A stretch of 64,000 nucleotides of DNA from Promethearchaeota archaeon (GCA_030603385.1 JAUVXW010000008.1:32001-96000); one strand, 5' to 3'. Positions 19,818 through 29,905 are shown, counted from the first letter of the stretch. Notes: a model not told the origin generated them from the letters alone. Program-made: numbers and translations.

Positions 19818-20087
19818 TTGGAGAGTTTATTCCATTTAAAACGGCTTTACATTTATGATAATCGAATTGAATCGTTTAAGGACTTAGATAACTTAGAAAA
19901 TCTAAAATATTTGGATTTAAACTATAATTTATTTTTTCAGGCAGATGAATATCAAATGCCTTTACGGGAAGCAAAAGAGTATTTTGGCCATTTGAAGAAG
20001 CTCTTAATGCTTAATGGCCATCTTTACCCAGATAATGATTTTTATACATTTTTAAGGGGTGGAAGGGCTACAAATGTTTGGATATAG
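19818..20087 (+). pseudogene. Leucine-rich-repeat protein fragment
   Basis: LKRLYIYDNRIESF and LENLKYLDLNYN match the LxxLxLxxN consensus. Only about two repeats and a TTG start. Confidence 0.55.
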
Positions 20088-20304
20088 TTTTATTTTGATT
20101 TTTGCTTTCTTATAATAATCAGAGTTTCTTCTAATTAAGGATATGGTCGATTTATTGCAATTTAAATTTATTACTTCGATAAATCTCGTTTAAAAAGTCA
20201 ATATCTTCTTGAGTAGCAAGTGCCTGAGTCAATTTTAATCCTTTAATTTCATTGTAGTGAATATCATAAGCATTTTTAAAACAATTCACTAAAAGTTGCT
20301 TAAA

Positions 20305-20841
20305 TCACTGATTTTTCATAAAAATTTTCCGTTTATTAAATATTTTAATTGACTGTCCCAGATTCTCTTGTCTCTTCCAATAGAATAACGGATCACCTAT
20401 GGAACTCCCAAAATACTTCTCTAATACGTCAATGATAAAAACTTCATTAATTTCTATTAAAATTCTATTTTCATATTTAAGAGAAACTAAATCCATAAGA
20501 GTATCTAAAATCCCCTGGAAGAATGCTTCTGCAACACTCGGTCCCATACTCTCAAAAGTGGTGTTATATAAAGATACGAGATTGTCACTTGTCAATATTA
20601 TATCCCTTACATGCGAAGACATTTTGCGATAGGGTAAAGCTAAAAAATGAAACCTAAAGAACCGAATCTCATTTTTCGGGAAAAAAATAATATCATTTAA
20701 TGGTGTGAAAGTAAGAGGGTCAAATCCAAGGTATTTGCACAGATGATAAATTATATGAAAAGAAATAACTTCTTTTTCATACCAATAAATTTCATCGTAC
20801 TCATTTTTTATCAATTTATCAAAACTCGTTTTTACCACCAA
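20305..20841 (-). CDS. Hypothetical protein
   Basis: 178-aa ORF; no family recognised. Confidence 0.45.
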   Translation of the reverse strand: MVVKTSFDKLIKNEYDEIYWYEKEVISFHIIYHLCKYLGFDPLTFTPLNDIIFFPKNEIRFFRFHFLALPYRKMSSHVRDIILTSDNLVSLYNTTFESMGPSVAEAFFQGILDTLMDLVSLKYENRILIEINEVFIIDVLEKYFGSSIGDPLFYWKRQENLGQSIKIFNKRKIFMKNQ

Positions 20842-21326
20842 TGATGTAATATTATTTTAAAATGATAAAATTTTGATTATTTTTTTAAATTTTTTTAAAA
20901 AATTTTAAACTTCATCTCTAAAAAATAAATCTGGAATTAAAATTTCGGTTATCAATATATAGATATTATATATTTTTATTTAACGAAAGAGGGTGGATTA
21001 CACTTAGGAGGAATTATTGTTAAAAAGTTTTTTCAGTTTACAGGGTTTTGTTCAGTTTCCCGAAAAACGGCTTGTAGCCGCATTTTCACGGGGTTTAAAA
21101 ATAGTTTTTGAAACTGATATCTTTTTGAATCCTCCAAATCGTATTGTGTAATCCAAGTAAATTAATATCGATCTTTGTAAATAAATTTATCTTATTTGAC
21201 AAGAAGATAAGAAATGCTAATTGCTTATATTTTACTGGTTCTTTAGGATTAATCATCAAGATTTTATTAAATAGCAAATATTTTTTACAAAAATAAAATT
21301 ATAACAATTAGAAAAATATTTTAGGT

Positions 21327-21459
21327 AGCCCAGTAGTGTAGAATTGGGCATAACTATTGCTCAATAGTAAAAAGGTCAAGCATCGGGGGCCCTGAACCCC
21401 TGGACCACGGTTCGAATAATTACCGAATTTATCGTTAATCGAAATTCCGTGCTGGGCTA
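21327..21459 (+). tRNA. tRNA-Gln(CUG) with D-loop and T-loop insertions (introns)
   Basis: Acceptor AGCCCAG/CTGGGCT plus A73 (A1:U72 is typical of archaeal tRNA-Gln), D stem GTGT/GCAT, anticodon stem GGGGG/CCCCT with loop CC-CTG-AA, T stem CACGG/CCGTG with TTCGAA. Insertions at ~21342-21371 and 21417-21445. TTATAA ~25 nt upstream and a T-tract downstream. Confidence 0.88.
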
Positions 21460-21467
21460 TTTTTCTT

Positions 21468-21830
21468 TTATCCTGTTCGTTTAATAATGTGATATCCATA
21501 CTGTGTTTTTACAGGCTGAGAAATCTCACCTACTTTCAATCTACTGCAAGCATTCCAAAATTCAGCTACCATATCTCCTTTTGAAAATTCTCCTAAGTTC
21601 CCACCTTTCTTTTTACTTGGACAATTAGAGTATTGTTGAGCCAAACTTTCAAATTTTTCCCCAGCTTCTAAATCTTCACTGATTTCTTTTGCTCTATTAA
21701 ATTTATCAACTAAAATATGACTTGCTTTAATTTTCCCTCCACTGATAGGATCTCCCTTATTTCCTGATCTTTGACCCTCAGAACCTTTCGCTTTTTTTTG
21801 ATATCCTTTCCCGTATTTATTTTTTCCCAT
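21468..21830 (-). CDS. Parvulin-type peptidyl-prolyl isomerase
   Basis: ASHILV, FESLAQQYS.CPS, GGNLG, MV.EF and PVKTQYGYHII. Confidence 0.93.
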   Translation of the reverse strand: MGKNKYGKGYQKKAKGSEGQRSGNKGDPISGGKIKASHILVDKFNRAKEISEDLEAGEKFESLAQQYSNCPSKKKGGNLGEFSKGDMVAEFWNACSRLKVGEISQPVKTQYGYHIIKRTG

Positions 21831-21911
21831 AAAATTTTCAACTTATTTGATTTAACCTAAATATTTCGACTAAATAATAGGTTTTCAGGTTTGTATTAGG
21901 TAAAAATGTAT

Positions 21912-22328
21912 CTAATTAACAATTAAATATCTAAAATTTTTAATCTCTTTGATACTGTTTATTTCAACAACCAATTTTTGGAAATCTTGTACCTGACCCT
22001 CGAAAATCATAAAAATAATAGAGTTTTGATTCACAAAATTAACATTCTTACTAATTATTTGCTCTTTATATTCACTTTCAATTCTATTTAGTTTTTTCTG
22101 TATTAAATAGTCATTAGGGGCAATAAGAATCATATTTCCTACAATCTTTTTGGGGATTGGACCTAGTTCGCTAGCAAGATCCATACTAGAAATATCTATT
22201 GTTGACATTAATCGCAATAATGCATCTCTAATTAATTTAGATTTGTTCTCATATTGATTTTTTGAAACCAGTTTATTAATGAACTTTTTAAGGCCCTCAT
22301 TAATACTTATACTAATTATTGGGCTCAC
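21912..22328 (-). CDS. Ribbon-helix-helix transcriptional regulator (NikR/CopG-like) with a C-terminal ACT-like domain
   Basis: IISISI...Y.NKSKLIRDAL RHH signature; NikR-like length. Confidence 0.75.
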   Translation of the reverse strand: MSPIISISINEGLKKFINKLVSKNQYENKSKLIRDALLRLMSTIDISSMDLASELGPIPKKIVGNMILIAPNDYLIQKKLNRIESEYKEQIISKNVNFVNQNSIIFMIFEGQVQDFQKLVVEINSIKEIKNFRYLIVN

Positions 22329-22434
22329 GATATTAACACTTTTTAATAATTGATTGAAATTTAAAGAGCAATGTAGTTTTTAATAATAAATATAGTTAAT
22401 AAGATTTATAAATTTTTTTTATGAGTAGAATGAC

Positions 22435-24804
22435 TTATAATTTAATAGATCTCGCGATCACACTTCTAAAATTTTCAGTATCTGTTAGCAATTTGTCTCC
22501 ATCTTCATCCGAAATTTTATCATCCTTCCCATATTTGTTTAAACGGGTAAGCCAAAATTCCATTCTCCCAAGAATAGCTTCTTTGTCTCCGATAATTTTC
22601 CTTACACGGATAAATGTATCATGTAGTTTAGTCCGAATATTTTGAGCTTTCCATCTTAACATACAATAATCAGACATTTCGGCTAAATTTTGTGTGATTG
22701 CCATAATATCAATAGTCTTCTCACGCTCTTCCGATTTAATCTTTCGTATGATGTTAATCTCTTCAAATAACATTTCTATAATTTTAGCAAGGAACCCTGT
22801 TAGCTGACCAGCATGGCCACACCAAACTCTTACTTCTAATGACTGATTTGACTCAGATACATAGAGTCTTGTTATGATCCTACCACCAGTGGTTTTTGCT
22901 TCACTACAATGCCAAGATTCTGCTTCATATTTTCCCTTTGCATCTTGTCCCTCATGTGATGTCACTGTACTTACTTCAAAACGTTTTAAAGTTCGAACTG
23001 CTGCTCTATAAGCTAATCTTGGATCTAAATCTGCTATTAAAAATGCTCGAGCATCATTAGGTAAATCTTGAATTGAAATCTGAACATCTTCGATAGTTGA
23101 CAAACATGATACAAGGAGAGGGCATTTGATTTGAACTTCCTTTTTCCTAATATGGACAGTATGCTTATTTCCTTTTGCATCTTTATAGATCACTGTACCT
23201 CCAATTGAAGAAATCCCACACTCTTTTGGCTCTAAATAGAAATCTACACCCCTTGAATTCTTTGCTTCAATAACGGGAATATTAATTAATGGAGTTTTAA
23301 CTTTATATGAACTGGGAACATCCAAAATTACTTTAACTGAATTTATTGCCATAGTTGTTTTATTTCTAACTGCAACTTTAAAATGTAATTGCCCCCCTAT
23401 AAAATCATAATCACGAACAACTTCGATTTTACCTCTATCTAAAGGTTTCTTAGCTGTTGGTTTAGCATTTATTTTTGCTTCCATAGGCACAGAATACGCG
23501 GTGAAATTTCTCTTCGACATATCAATATATCCATCAATATCGCCTCGTGCGATAATCTGTGCTAAATTTTCTTCTATGCTTGATTCAGTCACTCCCAATC
23601 TATTTGAAAGTTCCCTTAAAGGCATAGTCCTATAAACTCTGGCGATTTCTTTAATTTTTGTCTCCATATATTTATTTGTCATAAATTCTCTTCTTTGAGT
23701 GAATAACCCTTTAATTTTACCAGTTTTAATTAATTCATGAAGACTTTTTCTCGCTAATTCCACAGCAATTTTTAGTTTTATAGCAAGTTTATTAAGTTCA
23801 AATAATCCCATTTCTTTAGAATAGGCTTTAATTTCCTTAAATATTTGACCAGCAGTGATAAGTTCATTACCTCTATCAGCAAAATAACCATTAACTGCCT
23901 TTGCTCTCATTAAATTAACACAGAAAGATTTTACAAGTTCTTTTGGAAGGTTTAAATTATTTGATAAGGTTTTTAATGATACACGACCTTTTTTCTTAAT
24001 CTCGTTTATTAAATTATCTAAAATGTACTTCTGAGTATAATAAATATTTTTATCTTGTGAAAATGACCCTTTTATTTGGAATTGATTGATTAACATATAT
24101 ATAACCTTACGAGCAAGTGCACCACTCATATCTAACATTACAGTTAAATCATCAACTTTAATAATCCCTTTATCATGAAACATGGATAATAATTTTTCCC
24201 TCATTTCTGGAGAAATATAATAGAACATTTGATTCTTTTGATCAATTATTCCATATATTCTTTCTTCATCCATATACTTGTTTATGAATTTAATCATCTG
24301 TTCTGCAGATATATTAAAAGAATTCATTATAGTAGAAAAATTAGTGAGAGTTGCCCTTCTTAATAAGTCTAGAAAACAATTAGGACAAATTTCTTTTCCT
24401 ATTATATGTCTTAATTTTTTACTACATAAAGTTAACCTGTTTCCTTTAATAAGATTATATCGTAATGCTTCTCTTGCTAATTTTTCCTTTGTGGGAAAGA
24501 ATATTCCAGGGGTTTTTAAATAAGAATTCCACGAATCCGGGCATTGAGGATTTGTACATTCTAGATAATATTGACCTGAAGATAATCTTTCTAATCTTAA
24601 AAGAGATTTACATATAGGGCATTCACTATCTTCAACTATAGTACACTTAAAATTCCTTTCTGAAGCCTTTGCTTTTGAGTAAATAATACGATGTTTTTTA
24701 CACTCATGAATTTCGGTAGTCGCAATATGATTAATACAAAAACTAGATTTACATTTTTCGCAAGTAAAGTCGATATCTTGATTTTCACAGAAAAGGCATT
24801 TCAT
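22435..24804 (-). CDS. Multidomain protein: Zn fingers, tandem winged-helix (PCI/DDRGK-like) repeats, appendage-like C-terminus
   Basis: Multiple CxxC at the N-terminus; ~60-aa repeats of the form L..L...L.........G.I.G; beta-rich C-terminal region. Confidence 0.7.
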   Translation of the reverse strand: MKCLFCENQDIDFTCEKCKSSFCINHIATTEIHECKKHRIIYSKAKASERNFKCTIVEDSECPICKSLLRLERLSSGQYYLECTNPQCPDSWNSYLKTPGIFFPTKEKLAREALRYNLIKGNRLTLCSKKLRHIIGKEICPNCFLDLLRRATLTNFSTIMNSFNISAEQMIKFINKYMDEERIYGIIDQKNQMFYYISPEMREKLLSMFHDKGIIKVDDLTVMLDMSGALARKVIYMLINQFQIKGSFSQDKNIYYTQKYILDNLINEIKKKGRVSLKTLSNNLNLPKELVKSFCVNLMRAKAVNGYFADRGNELITAGQIFKEIKAYSKEMGLFELNKLAIKLKIAVELARKSLHELIKTGKIKGLFTQRREFMTNKYMETKIKEIARVYRTMPLRELSNRLGVTESSIEENLAQIIARGDIDGYIDMSKRNFTAYSVPMEAKINAKPTAKKPLDRGKIEVVRDYDFIGGQLHFKVAVRNKTTMAINSVKVILDVPSSYKVKTPLINIPVIEAKNSRGVDFYLEPKECGISSIGGTVIYKDAKGNKHTVHIRKKEVQIKCPLLVSCLSTIEDVQISIQDLPNDARAFLIADLDPRLAYRAAVRTLKRFEVSTVTSHEGQDAKGKYEAESWHCSEAKTTGGRIITRLYVSESNQSLEVRVWCGHAGQLTGFLAKIIEMLFEEINIIRKIKSEEREKTIDIMAITQNLAEMSDYCMLRWKAQNIRTKLHDTFIRVRKIIGDKEAILGRMEFWLTRLNKYGKDDKISDEDGDKLLTDTENFRSVIARSIKL

Positions 24805-24969
24805 TATTTTTTGAGATCTATTTTTTTATTTTTTGAGATCTATATAATTATAAAAAAAATATAGCTTAAAATATTTTAATAGACCAAATTTTAGTAATTT
24901 CTAATAATATGAATAATTAAAAGATAATTAACTTTTTCATTAAATTCTTATAAGTTGTTGACAGAATCA

Positions 24970-25695
24970 TTAAAAAGAAACCTCTGGAAAAACGCGGATA
25001 TGCAAAAATGATAAAATCATCACGGCTGTATTAAATAATATTATTATCAATATCATAATGAGTAATGTCCAATTAGTTTTAGGTTCTCTTGCTTTTAAAA
25101 TTTGAGATGTTCCATGTTTTGCCAAAGCCAGTGGAAAAAGTCCCACAAATGTTCCCAAAGAAAAATAGAATACAATAAAAATACCATCAATAAAAATACC
25201 ACTGAGTGAATATTGTAAACATTGAGAATATATAAGTAATTCAAAAATACATGGAGCAAAACCTGCTAAAATGCCAAAAAGATATGGTGTTTTCTTTTTT
25301 TCCCAATTCAACTCGCTTAATTCATCTTTATACTTTGAATGTGGTATATATTTTCTTCTTGTTATAAAAAACAACATAATTATGCCCGCAAACATAGAGA
25401 CAACAGCTCCAAAAAAATTAATAGTAAAATCATCAGGAATAATATGCGGGATAAATATTTGGGGAAGAAGACTTATAAATACTGTAATGAAAGCAATTAT
25501 CAAATTAGAAGAAATTAAACCTAAACCATAAAGAACTAGAATTAAAATACTCCTTAACGGGGTTTTAGAAATACCAAATGACCAAAAAAAGAAGATCGCT
25601 TTATCCTCACATGGAATTGCTGTATGGAGAATTCCTAAAGTAAACGCTGGTGCGAAAACAACTAATAATGGTGGTAAATAAAATTCTTGAAACAT
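24970..25695 (-). CDS. Membrane protein of the NiCoT/DsbD_2/TauE-like transporter superfamily
   Basis: About 6 TM helices; GILHTAIPCED, G.LAGFAPC and YFSLGT motifs. Confidence 0.6.
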   Translation of the reverse strand: MFQEFYLPPLLVVFAPAFTLGILHTAIPCEDKAIFFFWSFGISKTPLRSILILVLYGLGLISSNLIIAFITVFISLLPQIFIPHIIPDDFTINFFGAVVSMFAGIIMLFFITRRKYIPHSKYKDELSELNWEKKKTPYLFGILAGFAPCIFELLIYSQCLQYSLSGIFIDGIFIVFYFSLGTFVGLFPLALAKHGTSQILKAREPKTNWTLLIMILIIILFNTAVMILSFLHIRVFPEVSF

Positions 25696-25748
25696 TTTTT
25701 AACAATATATTTCTTTATGGAATTCTAAAATTAAATTTCTTCTATTTC

Positions 25749-26498
25749 TTAGTCTTCTTTAAATATATTTTCATCATCATATTTAGAATTTTTGATTATA
25801 GAAAATGGGACCGTCTGTTCATAAAAAGCTTTTCCAATTACAACTCCTTTAACACCAATTTCCTTTAATTCATCAAGATCATCAGTGTTTCGAATCCCTC
25901 CTGCTACATATATTGACGCTTTTTTTACTGTTTTTATCATTTTCCGTATATTTTGAAAATCGGGACCAGATAAAGTCCCATCTGCTTTAATTGATGAAAA
26001 TAGAATGAATCTTATCCCCATATTTTCAATCTCTTTTCCAAATGAGAACGGATTTTTATTTGAGAGTTTTGTCCATCCTTGAATAGCAATTTTTTCACTA
26101 TGATAATCTATTGCAATAATTATTTTATTAGAGCCAATCATTTTCACCAATTTCTGTATTATTTTTGGATCCGTTATGGCAATTGTTCCTAAAATTATGC
26201 GATCTACTCCAATTTTGATTAGATCTAGTGCCGATTCAATATCTCTTATTCCCCCTCCAACCTGAATCTTTAATTTATTAGATGCCTTCTTAATTATATT
26301 TTTGAATAACATTTTATTAATATCAGATCCCCATGCGCCATCTAAATCTATAAAATGGATTCGATTTGCTCCCTTATTAATCCAAAATTCGATTGCTTCA
26401 AAAGGATCCTCATAATATACTTTTTCAGTACCTTTTAACCCTTGATATAAACGCACGCACTTTCCATTACTAACATCTATAGCAGGAATTATTTCCAT
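25749..26498 (-). CDS. hisA: ProFAR isomerase HisA
   Basis: IIPAID..GKCVRL.QG, HFIDLDGA, QVGGGIR, DGTLSGPD and AGGI. Confidence 0.93.
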   Translation of the reverse strand: MEIIPAIDVSNGKCVRLYQGLKGTEKVYYEDPFEAIEFWINKGANRIHFIDLDGAWGSDINKMLFKNIIKKASNKLKIQVGGGIRDIESALDLIKIGVDRIILGTIAITDPKIIQKLVKMIGSNKIIIAIDYHSEKIAIQGWTKLSNKNPFSFGKEIENMGIRFILFSSIKADGTLSGPDFQNIRKMIKTVKKASIYVAGGIRNTDDLDELKEIGVKGVVIGKAFYEQTVPFSIIKNSKYDDENIFKED

Positions 26499-26510
26499 AG
26501 TTTTAATGAG

Positions 26511-27785
26511 CTAAAGCGGATTATTTTTTGTAAAGCTGTATTTTACTAATACATAAAAGATAAAAATAAGGAAGATTGTACTTCCAAAATTGAAGGGAAA
26601 AAAACCTTCTGTTATAAAAAAAAGTCCCATAAATGCGAGATCAAAAAAACTCAAAAAGAATAGACTCGGTTTGATAAAATTTTTAGTTAAGTTGGATTGT
26701 CTTGGTAAATTAAATATTATTATTATCAACAATGGTGTTAAATTTAGTAAATGATGATCCCATGAATCAAAATAACAAAGGAACATAATTGAAATCCCAA
26801 AACAATAACCATATAGTACAGAATGCTTAGTCGTTCTTCTAATTATAAATGAAGTGAAACCTATAAAGATAAAAATAATTGCAATAAAAAAAAATAAAGG
26901 CATTTGAAGCAATAGTACCTGATCTTCCGCAAATCCAATGAAATATAAGAAGTTGATGATGAGCTTTGTTATGCTAAAGGAGTGATTTATCTGTGAAGGT
27001 TCTGAGCTTGTGAAGTTAGCTTCGATGAATCCGTCTAATAAATTTGGGAGTATTAAAAACATTATAAGATTGAGAGATAAAGGTAGTACTATTCCAATCA
27101 ATCTTATAAAACTACGAGCAACATCAAATTTGAGTTTTCTACTTATTAAATCATAATGAATGATAAGGATGAAAGGAATCATAAAAATTGTTATTGGTTT
27201 TATAATTATACTGATTCCAAGTAAAATACTTGCTATTAATTCCCATTTCATCCCATCGTATTTTAAATAAATATATAAAGATAATAAAATCAGTAGAGTA
27301 ACATACAAATTAATTTGACCTAATATGTAATTAAAAAAATTTGGTAAACTCATTAAATATATGCTAATATAGAGTACAACTCTTTTTTCCTCTTTTTCAT
27401 GATCTTCCGCTCTGATAAAAATTATGATTTTGTAGAGAACAACACATATCAATATGTTGAGAATTAAATTAAGAGAATTGAATACAATAAAACCTAAATC
27501 AAAACCCATCAAATTAAAAGGTACAAAAAACAATGAAGCTATTGGTAAATACCTGAAAGGCCAATTGTATGGCGTAGTATAAAGATTATTGATATCTTTT
27601 AGAACAACTCCTCCAACCTCATAGTAAACTCGAAAATCATTCTGCTTTCGAAAAAAGATAAGTGTTAAAAATAGTGAGAATATAAAATATCCCCCATGAA
27701 TGATGACAGCATACTTAAATACTTTATAATTCCAGAGTTCTCTAAATCTTTCTTTTAATTTAGACAAAAATTTTTGCGATTTCAT
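26511..27785 (-). CDS. Glycosyltransferase family 87 (DUF2029) membrane protein
   Basis: DF.VYY, FRY.P, GQIN, IIIKP and WDHH motifs; multi-TM; paralog of 28551-29813. Confidence 0.8.
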   Translation of the reverse strand: MKSQKFLSKLKERFRELWNYKVFKYAVIIHGGYFIFSLFLTLIFFRKQNDFRVYYEVGGVVLKDINNLYTTPYNWPFRYLPIASLFFVPFNLMGFDLGFIVFNSLNLILNILICVVLYKIIIFIRAEDHEKEEKRVVLYISIYLMSLPNFFNYILGQINLYVTLLILLSLYIYLKYDGMKWELIASILLGISIIIKPITIFMIPFILIIHYDLISRKLKFDVARSFIRLIGIVLPLSLNLIMFLILPNLLDGFIEANFTSSEPSQINHSFSITKLIINFLYFIGFAEDQVLLLQMPLFFFIAIIFIFIGFTSFIIRRTTKHSVLYGYCFGISIMFLCYFDSWDHHLLNLTPLLIIIIFNLPRQSNLTKNFIKPSLFFLSFFDLAFMGLFFITEGFFPFNFGSTIFLIFIFYVLVKYSFTKNNPL

Positions 27786-28546
27786 TTTAAATTCCGTGAT
27801 GATAGTCTAATGGATTTATATTTTCTAATAATATATACAATTACCCCAAGAGATAAAATTGTGAATAACACTATTAATGTAGGTATCACATAAAAAGGTA
27901 AAAAATCGAGAGCAATATCAACAATTACTACATTTCCTTTAATATAAAGCTTATATGAGCTTAGGATTCCTTCATCATTGTAAATTGCAATAATCTGAAT
28001 ACCTTTATTAGGATAACCAGGTCCAATAGCATCCTTAGAGATATCGACATTTAGTGTTGGCAAGACCCTATTATCTACATCATACCATTCGTTTAAATCT
28101 AAACCACCCATATATTCGCCTACTGGAATGGGAAACCAGAATGGGACAAATGAATCATATTTTGAAAAGTTAAGCTCTTCAGTGTAATCCTTTGGATTAT
28201 TGAGATATGTAATCTGAGAATCATTATCTTTAACACCCCAATTTTTATTTAGGGTCCAGAACCAAATACTAAATTCAATCTTATTCACTGTTTCATTTAC
28301 TTCAACTGTATTTATTTCCCATTTCATCTTTGTTCCTTTACTCAAATTTTTAAGAATTCCTGAATTATCCCAACCGGGCCCAAAAATGAGGTTCATTTCA
28401 GCTTCATTACAAACTTTACATTTCCATATTAATACATCATTCTCATTGACTCCCGTTTTATAACTAATCGCATTTGCAGGTAAGACCATTCCACTAAATA
28501 TAAGAGAAAGAATAACAAAACCAAATAGAATTAGTCTGTGCTTCAA
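27782..28546 (-). CDS. Secreted, C-terminally membrane-anchored protein
   Basis: N-terminal signal peptide; C-terminal TM helix plus basic tail. Confidence 0.7.
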   Translation of the reverse strand: MKHRLILFGFVILSLIFSGMVLPANAISYKTGVNENDVLIWKCKVCNEAEMNLIFGPGWDNSGILKNLSKGTKMKWEINTVEVNETVNKIEFSIWFWTLNKNWGVKDNDSQITYLNNPKDYTEELNFSKYDSFVPFWFPIPVGEYMGGLDLNEWYDVDNRVLPTLNVDISKDAIGPGYPNKGIQIIAIYNDEGILSSYKLYIKGNVVIVDIALDFLPFYVIPTLIVLFTILSLGVIVYIIRKYKSIRLSSRNLK

Positions 28547-28550
28547 TTTT

Positions 28551-29813
28551 TTAGTCCTCCACTAACTGATACCTTTTATTTTTTAAACAACACTTAAAAA
28601 CGGCGTAAAATACGATTAATAGGAAGAAAGTCCCTTCAAAATTATATGGGAATAACGGATAGATAAGATACCAAATTCCAATAAAAATGAGGTCAAAAAA
28701 ACTAAAGAAAAATAAACTTGGTTTGATAGAGTTTGTAATTTCTGAATGCCTAGGAAGATTAAATATTATAATAATTAAAATTGGAGTTAAATTCAAGAGG
28801 TGGTGGTCCCATGAATCATAGTACGCAAGAAGCATAATAGTAATCCCAAATGCAAAGCCGTAAATTATTGAATCTTCTTCAAATCTCCTAATCATAAAAG
28901 TGATGAAACCTAAACCTCCTACTATGCAAACTACTCCAACCAATATATAAAGTTGATTAAAAGGAATATTATAAAAATAACAGAAATTAGTTATTAGTTT
29001 AGTAATACTAAAAGAAAAATTTAAAGCAACAGGGTTGTTTCCTGTGAAGTTTGTGTCTAAAAATCCTTTCCATAAAGGAGGATAAATAAAAAAGAGAATA
29101 AAATTTAATAATACCGGCAAAATAACACCTATCAACCTTATCAAAGTCATAGAAAAATCGAATTTAATTTTTTTATTTTCTAAATCAAATTTCAATATAA
29201 TCAAAAATGGAATTAAGAAAAAAGCAGTAGGTTTAATTATTATGCCTAATCCTAAGATTAAGCTTCCTATTAATTGCCATTTAAGTTCTTCATATTTTAG
29301 AAAAATGTAAAGTGATACTAAAATAAATAGTGTGATATATAAGTTAATTTGTCCGTAGATATAATTCAATATATGGGGTAGACCCATTAAATATATACAT
29401 ACATATAATATGACTCTTTTATCGTCATTTTCATGGTCTTTATTCCTAACTAATAGAATGATCTTATATAAGATTACACAAATCAAAACGTTAAGTAAAA
29501 CGTTAAAAATATTAAATATCACGAATGCTGATTCAAAACTTAAAATTGAATAGGGTATGAAAAAGAGTGCTGATAAAGGGAAATATCTAAAATCCCATAA
29601 ATAATTCGTTTGATTATACAAGTTTTCGATATCATTAAGAAATATATCTCCAACGTTATAAAAAATTATGAAATCATTTTTTTCCTTGAAAAATAAAAAA
29701 AATAAAACAATTGAAAGGAAGAAGTAAAAACTATGAAGGATTAGAGCATAACGAAAAATTTTATGTTTCCAAAGTTCTTTTATTCTATTAAGAATCCTTG
29801 TTTTTAAACTCAT
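28551..29813 (-). CDS. Glycosyltransferase family 87 (DUF2029) membrane protein
   Basis: Same motifs as 26511-27785 (NDF, FRYFP, GQINLY, WDHHLLNLTP). Confidence 0.8.
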   Translation of the reverse strand: MSLKTRILNRIKELWKHKIFRYALILHSFYFFLSIVLFFLFFKEKNDFIIFYNVGDIFLNDIENLYNQTNYLWDFRYFPLSALFFIPYSILSFESAFVIFNIFNVLLNVLICVILYKIILLVRNKDHENDDKRVILYVCIYLMGLPHILNYIYGQINLYITLFILVSLYIFLKYEELKWQLIGSLILGLGIIIKPTAFFLIPFLIILKFDLENKKIKFDFSMTLIRLIGVILPVLLNFILFFIYPPLWKGFLDTNFTGNNPVALNFSFSITKLITNFCYFYNIPFNQLYILVGVVCIVGGLGFITFMIRRFEEDSIIYGFAFGITIMLLAYYDSWDHHLLNLTPILIIIIFNLPRHSEITNSIKPSLFFFSFFDLIFIGIWYLIYPLFPYNFEGTFFLLIVFYAVFKCCLKNKRYQLVED

Positions 29814-29905
29814 AAACCCATTAATAAATTATTATTTTAATTTTAAATTCTTTAATTAACTCACTATAATTAAATTTGTTAAAAATTACTTTTGGGAGAT
29901 AAAAG

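Noticed and set aside
21308-21499. 63-aa minus-strand ORF in the track
   Set aside because: It is the antisense of the tRNA-Gln gene and has no protein features.
24805-24843. Short tandem duplication TTATTTTTTGAGATCTAT upstream of the winged-helix gene
   Set aside because: Only two AT-rich copies; probably local slippage.
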